A stretch of DNA of 23,298 nucleotides from an uncultured Nitrososphaerota archaeon (GTDB lineage: Archaea > Thermoproteota > Nitrososphaeria > Conexivisphaerales > DTJL01): contig CAWJIE010000010.1 of assembly GCA_963842885.1 (NCBI GenBank), forward strand, positions 1-23,298, read 5' to 3'. Numbering within the stretch: position 1 is the stretch's first letter; each line of letters starts with the position of its first letter. The notes under the pieces were generated by a model. The model was not told where the DNA came from and did no database searches. It was given only the letters and a program-made list of their open reading frames with translations. This document shows positions 8,133 to 18,565 of this stretch, one piece after another. Made by a program: the position numbers and the translations under genes.

Positions 8133-11100
8133 TCAGCGGCTCCGGCGTCTGAAGAATATGGCGCCGAGTACCACGAGGATGACTGCGGTCCCGCCGACAA
8201 GAGCCATTTCCAGCGTCGTGGCGGCCTGCCAAGGAGTTTTGGTGCTGCTGGAGGTTGAGCTTGTCGTCGTGGTGCTGCTGCTCGATGTTGTGGTCGTGGT
8301 AGTCGTGGAAACTTCCAAGACGTACCCTGCTTCGAGTGTAGAATTGGCTGACAATTCTAGGGTCCTCGTGCGCGACGTCACTCCATCTCCCCATGTTGAG
8401 AAGCCTAGGGTGCTGCCATTTGTTAGTTTCACCGTCTGTGGGAGCGCGAATCTGTAGTTGGCGACGTACCCAAGCGGAAGGGTGACGCTGCCACTCTGTC
8501 CGACGCTGAAGCTCGTTCCATTGATTTGGAACGTAGTTGATGCTGGGAGGTTTGTATTCAGCGTCAGATAGAACGTTGTAAGCCAACCATTAGGTTGCAT
8601 TATCGGATCGTTGTCCTGAACAAAGCCGGGAATTACAAATGGGGTGTCCCCGATCCCATCCAAGTTGGCGTCCGTTCCGTTGTAGGAACTCCAGTAATTC
8701 CCTTGTCCGTTATAATCCCAGGTGTTTGGGATGCCGCCGTTGCTTCCAACGGGCAACTCCCCAGGAAATACGGAATCGTTAATGAAATTGTTGTGGTAGA
8801 CGAGGTCACCCCCACACTGATTGAACCATATGCCACTGAACGAGTTAGAGATCGTGTTGTTTACAATCAGGCTATCAAAAACATTCGACACTTGGATCGG
8901 ACCGTGACTGTCTGAAACGATATTCCCGGCAACTGTTGCATTAACGTGAACACCTATACCAGCATTCCAAGCGCCAACCACTATATTGCCGGAGACAAGT
9001 GTATAGGGATTCGACGCTGGACAGGTGTTTACATAGATACCACCACTAATCGGATACAAGACTGTGTTTCCGGAAACTACCACGCTTCCAGAGTTCTCTT
9101 GCGAGCAACCCGTTCTGATTCCCGCGTAGTCGTACGAAAGAGAATTGTTCACAATCGTCACATAGTTTGCACTGGCTATTGTTATCCCGTAACCTTGTTG
9201 AGAATCTGAAATGATGCTGTTCTCTACTGTTATGTTATTTGCGTTTAGATCCTGAATTGAGACTCCATCCAACGTGCTATTGATTATCACAAGCGACGAA
9301 GTGGAGGAAGTATCGACATAATCGTATCCCTGAACCGTAGCCAGCATCGAGAATTTTGCTGTTCTCGATTTCTATCGTCGAGTTTGCGCACCCGCAACCC
9401 AAACTCACCTGGCCTTCGCTGCCTAGAATCAACGTGCTGTTTACAATCGTCAAGTTTTCTTGCATATTTGGGAGGTGGCCTGAATCCATCTCGCACGACC
9501 TGATTCACTATTACGTTCCCCGGCACCACAGCTGGTTCTGAGGTTATGGGGAATGTGACGAATTGGGGTTTCGTAATCGGTACTTGATAGATAGTAAATG
9601 GAGTCTGCTCGGAGTAGAGCTCCGTACCGTTGGGAGGTATGCTCGTCCGACTGTAAGTGGCACTGCCTACAAAGCAAGAAGGAGAGTTAGTAGCCGCAGC
9701 TGTTGAGAGTTGCTGGCGTGTAGTAGCTCCAATAGTTACCGATCGTGCCAAGAGACCACGAATTATTCCCATTGTCGGAGGGACCTCCTACCGGTGGGCT
9801 CAAGTCATAGAAAGTTATTTTGATAAATATGATTCAAGGATGACCCTTCTATCACGATGCTGTAAGAGGCGCCAACTTGGTTGTCGTATATGGTGCCGTT
9901 GTCAGAAGAGTCGTAGATCAAGATGCCTTGAAGAGCGCCCGATAGGTCATTGCCTGCGACGACATCATTACTGGATGATGAGAGATATAGGGCTACCTCG
10001 CCGTCTTGACTCATGGTAATGTTGTTGTTGAGGATGGTGCTGTTTGAAGTGTGGTCAACCTGTATTCCTAACGCCACAACCTGAAATACTGTTGTTCGCT
10101 ACCACGCTACCGTGTGCAAGCCCTAACGTTATGGCTGCAGTACCATAAGCAGTTATCGTGTTAGATTCGATGGTTGAGTCGACAGCATGTCCGCCGGTGT
10201 TGATTCCAGCTTCACCGCCAACTAGAATATTGTCTGAAACAGTGTTATTGTCAGAACCCCCCAGAACCACAGCAATATTTTTTGCGGTTATATTATTGTG
10301 AGTTATTATGTTACTATAGGAAGAATCTGAAGAAAAGGCCATCGCACCGGCTTTGCGGCCCAAAGGCTTCCGTCCAAGAAGCAGGATTTGACAGCGTAGG
10401 CACTCCCGGAAGATTTTCAGTCAGAAGTGTATTGTATTCGATTAGCGAATTATTGGCATTTCCTAGAGAAACAATCCATAGTTGGAGGTTAGCTGTAGCA
10501 TTCTGTTCAAATGTATTGTTGATAATCAAATCATTCGAGCTGTCGAAGAGTCCAAATGCGGAATAGTCGTTGGACTGAAACGTGTTGCCTTTTACGGTTA
10601 CACTAGAGCCGCCGACTATCAAACCAATGGCATTTTGAGAGAACAGATTGTTTTCGATCAGGGCGTTATCTGTTTCCACGACCATGCCAGCAGTAATGAC
10701 GGTGAATTGGTGATTTTCTTCACCACAGGGAAGGCAATTGAACAGATTGTTCGACACTTGGACGCTACCACACGATCCAACTCCGTGCACTTGACTGTTC
10801 TCCATTACAAAGTTGTTTCCGTTCACAACAAATGTGTACCTGTTAGCCAAGTTTCCAGCTGTGATGTTGCTGTTGTAAACGTAGAGAGAACCTCCAGGCT
10901 GGACTAGGATGCCGTATTGACCAGAGTACTGACTGTTTATTGTGAGCACTACATTTTTCAGTGTCAGGTTTCCTCCCGATTGAACGGTCAGGTTACCGTT
11001 TAGGACAATTGATTCACTTTGGATTACTTCATTTCCTGTCACCACCCAGTCTCCGCTCGGGGGAGGCTGAGCGTATGAAATGCAAGCGAAGAGAGGTGAA

Positions 11101-11150
11101 GCTAACAGGAAGAAAGGGAGGACCAGGACCAGAGCCCTGTATGTCCTCAT
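8133..11150 (-). CDS. large NosD/CASH-type parallel beta-helix cell-surface protein, broken by at least 6 frameshifts
   Basis: Signal peptide (MRTYRALVLVLPFFLLASP...), Asn-ladder repeats (NNTI, GI.L..S.NN), GNYWS motif twice (~9720-9740 in an unlisted frame and ~8690), DANLDGIGDTP, Thr/Ser linker, C-terminal TM + RRR. ORF pieces 10314-11207, 10055-10363, 9805-10077, 9287-9772, 9277-9489 and 8133-9347 are collinear parts of one protein. Confidence 0.85.
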
Positions 11151-11357
11151 ACGGTCACGATTACTATGGCCAAGGTGATAAGGGTTTGCTATCTGAATCG
11201 TTCTCAAGTCGGGATAGGAGCATGGGATGCCATTCTCAAACCGGACTACACCGGCGCCCCGATCGGCATCTCCATTGTTTCAGCTGCCAAGACGCTTTGA
11301 CGCTACCTTTTTGAACACCAGCGCTGTCACACTTTCAACAGAAGGAGAGGGCCACAT

Positions 11358-12509
11358 ATGTCCCATCGACTCGTCCTTGCATTTCTCTTGGCGATTTTGA
11401 TAACTGTCGTCCCCGTCACCTTCACCATCACCCTCCCACTATCCTCTCACAGACCCATCTTCGTGGTACCCGTCTTCAAGGGGGATGTCACCGACGCTGC
11501 CGCATCTCCCTCTGGGCTCATAGTGGCGTATTCCGTGAACTCCTCTTCGAGCAGCCAGCTTTGGCTGTCCGATGTCCCTAATGGGGCTGCCAGGGGGATA
11601 CATCAGCGTCCGTTGGCCCACGCTCAAGGCGAAGTGACCTCGATGGAATGGTCGTCGGACGGAATACACATCTTCTACGTTTCGGTGAGCGGTGAGTCCA
11701 CTTTGTACGTGGCCGACGTTGCGACCCTAACGACGAAGAAGGTCCTGACCATGGATACGATCGAAGATCCCAGTTGGAATCCCGCCGGAGGCGAAGATCC
11801 TCTTCTCGGGGGGTAATGGCGGCTGGAAGAGCATTTACCTCGTGAACCCCTCAACGGGGGCCTTGGAGCGCATCACCAGTGGGGCGGCCGACCTCTATCC
11901 GTCGTGGGCACCCGACGGCAAGTCCGTGTTGTTCTCGCGGTTGGACGGCAACGAGTCAGGCATCTGGCGTTCGGACTTAAAGGGGAACCTGACCCTGCTG
12001 AATCTGATCATCGGGTCGAACACAAGGCCGGTTGAGAGCCGTAACGGAACGATAGCCTTCCTGTCCGACCGGATGGGACAATGGGACGTCTGGACCATGC
12101 TTTCCAACGGCACGAACGCCATCGACGTCGTGAAGAGCGCCTTTGCCAGTGAGAACGGCATCAGTGCCGACACCAGCCTCATGTGGTCGTCCGACGGGTC
12201 CAAGCTGGTCGTGTCGTCGACTCCCGCGGGCCAAGGAGTGAGGGTCTATGTGATAGACCCGAGCAAGAAGTCCGTGCAGTGGGACACCGTCAATAGGACG
12301 CAAGACTTGGACATGCAGGCGTACAGCGGCCTATACACCTATCACTTCAGCGTGGTCGAGGAATTCTGGGCCCCTTCATAGGCAACTCCGCTCACGCCGT
12401 TTCGTGGCTCAGGGGGTCGGCCGGGCTCGTCGTCATAGAGGACGGAGAACCCCGTTCTCTCATAGTATTCATGGTCAACCCGTCCACGGCCCTCCCGTAC
12501 TCCGGGTAG
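11358..12509 (+). CDS. TolB-like (PD40 repeat) beta-propeller, secreted or anchored; two apparent frameshifts
   Basis: N-terminal hydrophobic segment; repeats WSSDG, PSWNPAG, YPSWAPDGKSVLFS, IAFLSDR.G.WDVW. Frame change at ~11789 (to AKILFSGGNGGWKSIYLVNP) and probably ~12362 (to ILGPFIGNSAHAVSWL... TAG 12507-12509). Confidence 0.8.
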
Positions 12510-12636
12510 GACGCGTTATGTGCGGCTGACGGCGGGTCCTCTTTCCATCCGATTTAAGTCCCAGAGCAAAGGGCCGAGGTCGCGCTGAATCCCCGAGACG
12601 AGATTGCCTCGGCTGATCTTAGGCCGCTGAACTCCA

Positions 12637-14031
12637 TCATGGAGACGGCCGCACTCTTGCATCACTGAGGAGAAGCCCCAGAAGGACCGTTGCAACTCCG
12701 ACGGCCATCAGCAGCATTCCGCCCGCCATGTAGGGAAGGTAGATGCTGGAGGTCGGGTTCCAATCCTTGAAGATGTAGAGGACGGCGGCGCTGGAGCTCA
12801 AGATGTAGCCGGCCGTAAGCGAAAGGCCTCCCACGATTGCCAGCCTTCCCTTTACGTGGAAGACCAGGGCTATCAGCATGATCAGCGCCATGGCCGTCAG
12901 AGTGATCAAGACATGCTCGTGGCCGGTTATGAACGCAGTCTCGTTGGGAAGGCCGGCGAACTTGCTCAGGTTCAACGCGACGTATATACCCGGCAGGGTC
13001 ACCACGACGTTCACCCAGAAGATAACGAACAGCATCCCGTAGGTCATGATGTTCCCGAGGACCCCCTTCACTCCTGCGAATCCGGGCTTGCGAGCCTCCG
13101 TGGCGACTATCGCATACATGATGAACAACGATGCCTGCAACAGGATGCAGGCGAAGACGATTATGACGTTATGGGCCTCCACCCCCATGGGCACGGTGGC
13201 GAAGGTGGCGATGGTGGTCGTTGGCGTCCCGACGAGCAGGCCGTAGAGGCCCCATTTGACGAAGGTTCCGGGCACGCCGGCATATGTGTCCGCCTTGAAG
13301 TGCCGGACCATAAGCGCCACGACCGCCACATCCGCGATGGCGATGACGGTGTGGATATGCGCCGCCATTACGAGCACGAACCCCTTGAACTGGGATGCAG
13401 CCCCCCACTGGGAGCTTCCGGTTGAGGCATAGGCCCCCGCGGAGACGGCCGCAAGGAGGGAGATGGCGGACACCCATAGCACGAGCTGGGAGAGGCTCCT
13501 CCCTCCTGTGTTCATCACGGGCCGTCGTTCGCTCCGGGGAAAGAGTGCGACCACGATCCCGAAACCTCCCATCGCGGTGAGGCTCAATCCGGCCCAGAGG
13601 ATTCCGAATGCCAAAGGATTCCCTCCTTCCAAGACCAAGAGGAGGGCGCCGGATGAAGCGGAGACAAATCCTATCGTCACCGCTGAAGCAACGAACAGGG
13701 CCATCCTTCCCCTAAGGTCGAATACGGCCAGCGAGACGTAGGAGAGCGCAGCAACGAAGGGGATGGCCAGGGCGTGGTAGTACATGCTCTCATATGGGTA
13801 GAAGAAAGGAAGCGTGGAGCTTGAAAAGCCGAGGGAGGAGCTCATCCCCAGGAAGGGAGCGGAGAAGACCATCCCGAAGAGCGTGACCGCAAAATCCCAA
13901 GCGACCGCGAATATGGCCAATCGCTTCAGGGTGGCCGGGGTGGGTCCTTTCCGGGTCTGCAGAGACTCTGCTCGGGACTCGGAATCGACTTCCGAGGCAG
14001 CGGAATTGAATTCATCAGTATGAAATGACAC
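12637..14031 (-). CDS. ~12-TM His-rich membrane protein, possible divergent heme-copper oxidase/NOR subunit I fold
   Basis: About 12 hydrophobic helices; His at 86 (YYH), 225/227 (HIH), 287 and 371/373 (AFITGHEH). The CDS is secure; the function is inference. Confidence 0.75.
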   Translation of the reverse strand: MSFHTDEFNSAASEVDSESRAESLQTRKGPTPATLKRLAIFAVAWDFAVTLFGMVFSAPFLGMSSSLGFSSSTLPFFYPYESMYYHALAIPFVAALSYVSLAVFDLRGRMALFVASAVTIGFVSASSGALLLVLEGGNPLAFGILWAGLSLTAMGGFGIVVALFPRSERRPVMNTGGRSLSQLVLWVSAISLLAAVSAGAYASTGSSQWGAASQFKGFVLVMAAHIHTVIAIADVAVVALMVRHFKADTYAGVPGTFVKWGLYGLLVGTPTTTIATFATVPMGVEAHNVIIVFACILLQASLFIMYAIVATEARKPGFAGVKGVLGNIMTYGMLFVIFWVNVVVTLPGIYVALNLSKFAGLPNETAFITGHEHVLITLTAMALIMLIALVFHVKGRLAIVGGLSLTAGYILSSSAAVLYIFKDWNPTSSIYLPYMAGGMLLMAVGVATVLLGLLLSDARVRPSP

Positions 14032-14548
14032 GCTCCACAGCTCCTTCCTGGTCCATGGGAGGACTACCTTTTATTCCATGCATACTGGCTCTCATCCAAT
14101 CTCTTCGGGAGCCTCCTCCCAAACCCTCATGAGGGGTTGAAGGTGCGAAAACGGGGCCCTCCATCATCCGTCGCGCTGAAGTTGAGACCGATATCCGGAC
14201 TCGAGAGAGGGAATCAGTCGCCCGAAGGGCGCATTAGGAGCTCTCCGATCGGGACCGTAGAATAGAGTGTCATGCTTGAGTGGGCTCGAGCTCGACTTCC
14301 GCTTCATTTCTTGGAGATTGCCTCTACGTCATCAGCCCATTCCGTTCTATTGGGATAGGAACATCGGAACCGGGGTTCAAGCACAACAAGATCCTGGTGG
14401 GCTGTGACGGATTCGGGGTCAGATGGACTCTAAACCAGGCTAAGAATGGAATTCTGTATCTGCGATATGGAATTCGAGTAAGATTAGCAGAGCAAGCGCC
14501 TTTCAGCTCGTCTTGAAGTACCTCCAGGGTATCTTGAGGCCTGCGGAT

Positions 14549-15349
14549 TCAATTGAGTGATCGTGAGGGTGCTTTTTCTGCCGAAGCCTTCGACGGCCTG
14601 TCGACAAAATAGATTGCAGCCAAGGTAGCGCCGGCCAGAATGGGGGAGGGCCAGAAGAGGGAGGGCCTCCCCAATTCCATCTGGGTCACAACCGCCAGAG
14701 GCCCTCCAGCTACGATCGAGGCGATTCCCGACCCCAGGGCCAGGCGTTGCATCCAATCTTTTCGTAGGACCACACAGATGGTGGTCACAGCCCAGCCCCC
14801 GGAGGCAAAGAAGTTGAGGGGCTGTAGAGCGATGAATATTGGATCCATGGTGGCCAGAATGTAATGGGTGCTGGCTACGCCGTTTACGAAAGCCAAGACG
14901 AACGCCATTCCGCTCAGGAGGCTCAAGACGATGGGTTTGATGCCAGTGGGCCTTACATAGGCCTGCAGTAGAAAGAAGAAGAGCAGGTTGGCCGCAAAAA
15001 CGACAGATGTGGGGGGGAATCCCAAGCCGCTGCTGACATATGGCAGGATGGGGAAGAATCCAGCCAGGATCGAAAAGATGCAGGCCGTGATTGCCGTGGA
15101 GAAGCTCCAGTCCTGTCCAGTCGAGAACCCAAACCCAGCCACGGCCCATGTGACGCCCCCTATCATGGCCAAGACGGTAAGCAGAGGTAGCATATATGAC
15201 ACCAAAAGCGCCTCAACGGGAGCGCCTCGGCTCAATTCGGTCTGGATTTGGAGATGGTAGACGTTGAGGAATACAAGCAAATAGAAGACGATCCCGAGTA
15301 GCGCCCCGATGATGGAGACGACCACGGCAGGGGTTTGTTTCAATTGCAC
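14549..15349 (-). CDS. conserved-looking ~8-TM membrane protein
   Basis: 266 aa, about 8 hydrophobic segments with two similar halves (GGVTWAVAGFG / SGGWAVTTIC). Confidence 0.8.
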   Translation of the reverse strand: MQLKQTPAVVVSIIGALLGIVFYLLVFLNVYHLQIQTELSRGAPVEALLVSYMLPLLTVLAMIGGVTWAVAGFGFSTGQDWSFSTAITACIFSILAGFFPILPYVSSGLGFPPTSVVFAANLLFFFLLQAYVRPTGIKPIVLSLLSGMAFVLAFVNGVASTHYILATMDPIFIALQPLNFFASGGWAVTTICVVLRKDWMQRLALGSGIASIVAGGPLAVVTQMELGRPSLFWPSPILAGATLAAIYFVDRPSKASAEKAPSRSLN

Positions 15350-15614
15350 CTCTACCCTACCGCATATTCTGACTGCGTTGGATATGTACTTTGACTCATC
15401 TGCTCTCCGGCCGGGATAGGGGCATAGGATGCGATGTTCAGGCGCAACAGTGTCTGATGGGCCGGGACCGATCCATCGCCAAGGCTATCACGAGCGGGCG
15501 CCGGCCTCCTTGTCGCTGAAACTGGTTCGTGGTCAATCACACTAGTCCTGCGCTCGGTGCCCTCTCACGATGGTGGAACTCTTATGTGATTCACAAGTCC
15601 GAAGAATCACTGAG

Positions 15615-15749
15615 ATGCGTGTCCTCGCCCTAGGCGGGGCTGGTGAGTACGGCAGACGGGCGGCAACCGCGCCCCATAGTCACCTCTTGCCTGACGGACA
15701 ATGGGCAGACCGTCTGGCCCCTATCAACATAAATGCGCCCGCCTGTTGA
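15615..15749 (+). pseudogene. N-terminal remnant of a Rossmann-fold (saccharopine dehydrogenase-like) oxidoreductase
   Basis: MRVLALGGAGEYGRRAA is a typical beta1-GGxGxxG start; similarity ends after ~17 codons; TTATGT ~30 nt upstream. Confidence 0.55.
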
Positions 15750-15763
15750 CACCAGGCGTCTGC

Positions 15764-16588
15764 ATGAGCAGAGTCATAGACGTCCACATCCACCTCTCCG
15801 AGCTCCGGGGCGACGCCCTGCGCCCTTTCGCCGAAGCCAACGGCCTGCGCTATGACCTAAAGGAGTTGCTTTCCCTGATGGAGGAGAACGGGGTCGAGGC
15901 CGGCCTCCTCCTGAGCCCGCCCCTCCGAGACAACACCATCGTCGGGAACCGGCGCGTCCTGGACCTCTGCTCCAGGAGCCGCGGAAGGCTCTTCCCCGTC
16001 CTCACCGTCGAGCCCAGCCCTGCCGCCGTGCGAGAGTGCGTCGCGACGGCGAAGAGGAGCAGAGGCGAAGTGAAGGGGTTCAAGGTGCGCCTGGGATACG
16101 TTCCCTTCTTCCCTGACGACGCCGTCTTCTCCCCCCTTTACGAGTTCGCCGAGTCGGAGGGCCTCCCCGTGATGTTCCACACGGGCGACACGGGCCTCCC
16201 CAACGCGAGCCTCCGACACGCCCATCCCCTCAACCTCGACGCCCTGGCGAACGTCAGGGACTCCCTGAAGATAGTCGTCTGCCACATGGGAAACCCGTGG
16301 GTCGAGGACGCGGCGGAGCTGGTCTACAAGCACAGGAACGTGTACGCCGACATCTCCGGCCTCTTCGCCGTGGGGGCCAAGTACTCCAGCGAGTATGTCG
16401 AGTACCTCTCCGATAGGGTGAGCAACGCGATCTACTTCACGGGGAGCGCCGACAAGTTCCTGTTCGGCACAGACTACCCAGTGGAGACCTACCGGTCGGC
16501 GCTCTCCTTCGTGGGCAAGCTGAAGCTCCACGAGGATGACTTCGACAGGATCCTCTACTCCAACGCCAAGAAGGTGTTCCCCATCTGA
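15764..16588 (+). CDS. amidohydrolase family protein (Amidohydro_2 TIM barrel)
   Basis: IDVHIH, GFK, PVMFHTG, CHMGNP, NVYADISG, LFGTDYP; ATG 15764 about 30 nt after ATAAAT. Confidence 0.93.
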   Translation: MSRVIDVHIHLSELRGDALRPFAEANGLRYDLKELLSLMEENGVEAGLLLSPPLRDNTIVGNRRVLDLCSRSRGRLFPVLTVEPSPAAVRECVATAKRSRGEVKGFKVRLGYVPFFPDDAVFSPLYEFAESEGLPVMFHTGDTGLPNASLRHAHPLNLDALANVRDSLKIVVCHMGNPWVEDAAELVYKHRNVYADISGLFAVGAKYSSEYVEYLSDRVSNAIYFTGSADKFLFGTDYPVETYRSALSFVGKLKLHEDDFDRILYSNAKKVFPI

Positions 16589-17070
16589 GCGGGGAGTTAG
16601 CCATAGCAGAGGTCCCTTCGGGGGAGAGGGACTCCCTACTCTCCATCCTTGAGGCAAGCTTCGAGGGCTGGTACCTCTGGCATTCTAGGAGGACCCTCGG
16701 GAAGGTGAGCCTTGTCAAGGCGGCGACCCTGGGCGGAGCGACGGCAGGCCTCATCATGCTGAAGGAGCTGGGGGAGGGGGTCGGATACGTATACTACGTA
16801 GCGGTCCTCCCGGAGTTCAGGAGGAAGGAGGTGGGCGGCAGGCTGCTGGACGACGCCCTGGCACACTTCACGTCGAGGGGGGCATCGTCCGTCTACGCCA
16901 CGGTGAAGGGGGACAACGCGGTCTCGCTTTCTCTCTTCCATTCGAGGGGATTCCTGGAGACCTCCTTCGGCGAAATGTCGAAGCTTCACGGTAGGCTGAG
17001 GTCGGCCTACATGATGCTTGAGATGCAGGCCGTGGCCGGCGAAGTGGTGCTTGGCAAGGACATGGGCTGA
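16585..17070 (+). CDS. GNAT family N-acetyltransferase
   Basis: VYYVAVLPEFRRKEVGGRLL (motif A), DNAVSLSLFHSRGF (motif B); frame open upstream of 16705 to a CTG overlapping the amidohydrolase TGA. Confidence 0.9.
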   Translation: MSGELAIAEVPSGERDSLLSILEASFEGWYLWHSRRTLGKVSLVKAATLGGATAGLIMLKELGEGVGYVYYVAVLPEFRRKEVGGRLLDDALAHFTSRGASSVYATVKGDNAVSLSLFHSRGFLETSFGEMSKLHGRLRSAYMMLEMQAVAGEVVLGKDMG

Positions 17071-17302
17071 GGGGGAGGCCAGCGACTGACGCCACCGCCA
17101 TGAGAATGGCGATATCGTGGCCTCGTGAGAATCCGGTGGGAATCATGGGACAGACAAGCCACACGGACAACTAACGTTGCCCACTCCATCTAAGACCGAG
17201 CAGGACGTGGTCTTGCCGAACGCCTTCGAGAAGACGCCCATGCTGCACCTTCAGAACGGGGCCTAGCATCCAATCTTTAATAGTAAGTAAACATGATAAT
17301 AT

Positions 17303-17656
17303 GTGAGGGCGAACCGTGTGAATTTCAAGAACGATAAGCTTGTGGGTTACGTTTTGTTGGCTTCGGGCGTAGTCGTGATTATCTTCTCAATCATCGAGAT
17401 GATAGAGGTCTTCACAGGGAGCAGCCCCCCTCCGAACCTGTTCAACTTCTCGGACATCTCCGTGAGCGGCACCCTCCTGGTTTCAGCCCAGACGCTGGAC
17501 AAGGCCTCGGGCATGGCCGCCTGGTCTGCGCTGATGGTCTTCGTCATGTGGGGTGGTGGAAAGATCGCCTCCTTGGGCGTCAACCTGCTGAGGGAGATCA
17601 AGGTCGAAATAAAGGGCTCCTTGAAGACGGTCGAAGAGGGAGCAGCGAAGTCCTAA
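17303..17656 (+). CDS. small 2-TM membrane protein
   Basis: Two hydrophobic segments, GGKIASLGVNLLREIKVEIK tail; TTTAATA at ~17276-17282. Confidence 0.8.
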   Translation: MRANRVNFKNDKLVGYVLLASGVVVIIFSIIEMIEVFTGSSPPPNLFNFSDISVSGTLLVSAQTLDKASGMAAWSALMVFVMWGGGKIASLGVNLLREIKVEIKGSLKTVEEGAAKS

Positions 17657-17996
17657 CCGAAGCAGTCATGAAGGGCGGTCCTGGCAGCGCGCGTCCTCAG
17701 CGGTCATCGGTCTGATGACGACCCCACGCCTCCTGTTGGACGTCATGACCTTGGGTGTCTATCGCGGCTGGAGAGGAAGTCAATATCGTGGCCTGACCGA
17801 CGATGACTGTCGCTTGATCATCTTTATGTTATTGAAAACAACAGAATAATTCAGGGAGAGAAGGGCGGTCAGCGGGCCCGAAGTGCCCATACCGAATTGG
17901 GTTCAGACCCCATTTGTCAAGCCATTCCATCCACTGTACATCTTCGTCATGCTGGTAACTGTCGTCGGATGACCTGTTCAGAAGAGTGGATGCTTC

Positions 17997-18278
17997 TCAA
18001 GCCTTGGGCTTGGCTGTGGCTGCCCTGACAAGAGAACGTTGTTCACGTCGTTTGAGCCAATATCGCACCAGCAGGCCTACGGCTGGTATCCCCAAGCAAA
18101 CTAGGCCGTCAACCACATCACCCTCGTACAAGAGGACGAGCCCGACAAAGACAAACGCAATCAAGAGAACCCAGTATATGTTTCCCGTCCAGTCCATCCC
18201 ACCTTCCTTGTTCATCGCCCAACTCTTGTCGTATGTTGGAGGCTGACCCAATTCCAGCTTGAAATAGTGTAGGGGCAT
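17997..18278 (-). CDS. small 2-TM membrane protein
   Basis: IYWVLLIAFVFVGLVLLY / GLVCLGIPAVGLLVRYW plus basic tail; the start may be an internal Met. Confidence 0.65.
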   Translation of the reverse strand: MPLHYFKLELGQPPTYDKSWAMNKEGGMDWTGNIYWVLLIAFVFVGLVLLYEGDVVDGLVCLGIPAVGLLVRYWLKRREQRSLVRAATAKPKA

Positions 18279-18397
18279 ACTTCAACCCTTTGATATCCGA
18301 GGGAAGTTGACAGCACCCTGGACCCGATGCCTAGTTACCAATGCCCTCTTTGGAAGCGTTTAAGACGGAGAGATGGCTATTTCTAATGGGAGATTGA

Positions 18398-18565
18398 ATG
18401 CCCAAGGAAGAGTTGAGGGAGACGCGATGCAGAGTTTGTGGGAAGGCGTCTGACCAGCTCACGGATGGCGTCTGTGAAAAGTGCAGGGGCGAGAACAAGA
18501 ACGTGAAGAACGCCTGGTTTGAAGGATACAAGGGCCGAATCGGTAGGCCTGTCCTCGGCCCATGA
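18398..18565 (+). CDS. 55-aa Zn-finger microprotein (not in ORF track)
   Basis: MPKEELRETRCRVCGKASDQLTDGVCEKCRGENKNVKNAWFEGYKGRIGRPVLGP*: CxxC-x11-CxxC; TTTAAG at ~18359-18364. Confidence 0.75.
   Translation: MPKEELRETRCRVCGKASDQLTDGVCEKCRGENKNVKNAWFEGYKGRIGRPVLGP

Noticed and set aside
8235-8310. GTC/GTG/CTG triplet-like repeats
   Set aside because: These encode the Thr/Ser linker of the surface protein; not an independent repeat element.
14280-14516. 78-aa ORF in the intergenic gap
   Set aside because: No motif, atypical composition, no clear promoter.
17824-17834. TTATGTTATTG resembling the bacterial dif XerD arm
   Set aside because: No XerC-like arm 6 bp upstream, and the second copy of block C (TTAAGCTATTG) does not keep the motif.
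18538-18558. Weak site-like word AATCGGTAGGCCTGTCCTCGG (similar weak words at ~18731 and ~21728)
   Set aside because: Core CTTGGA and right arm not conserved; the first lies inside the Zn-finger ORF; cannot be separated from chance by eye.
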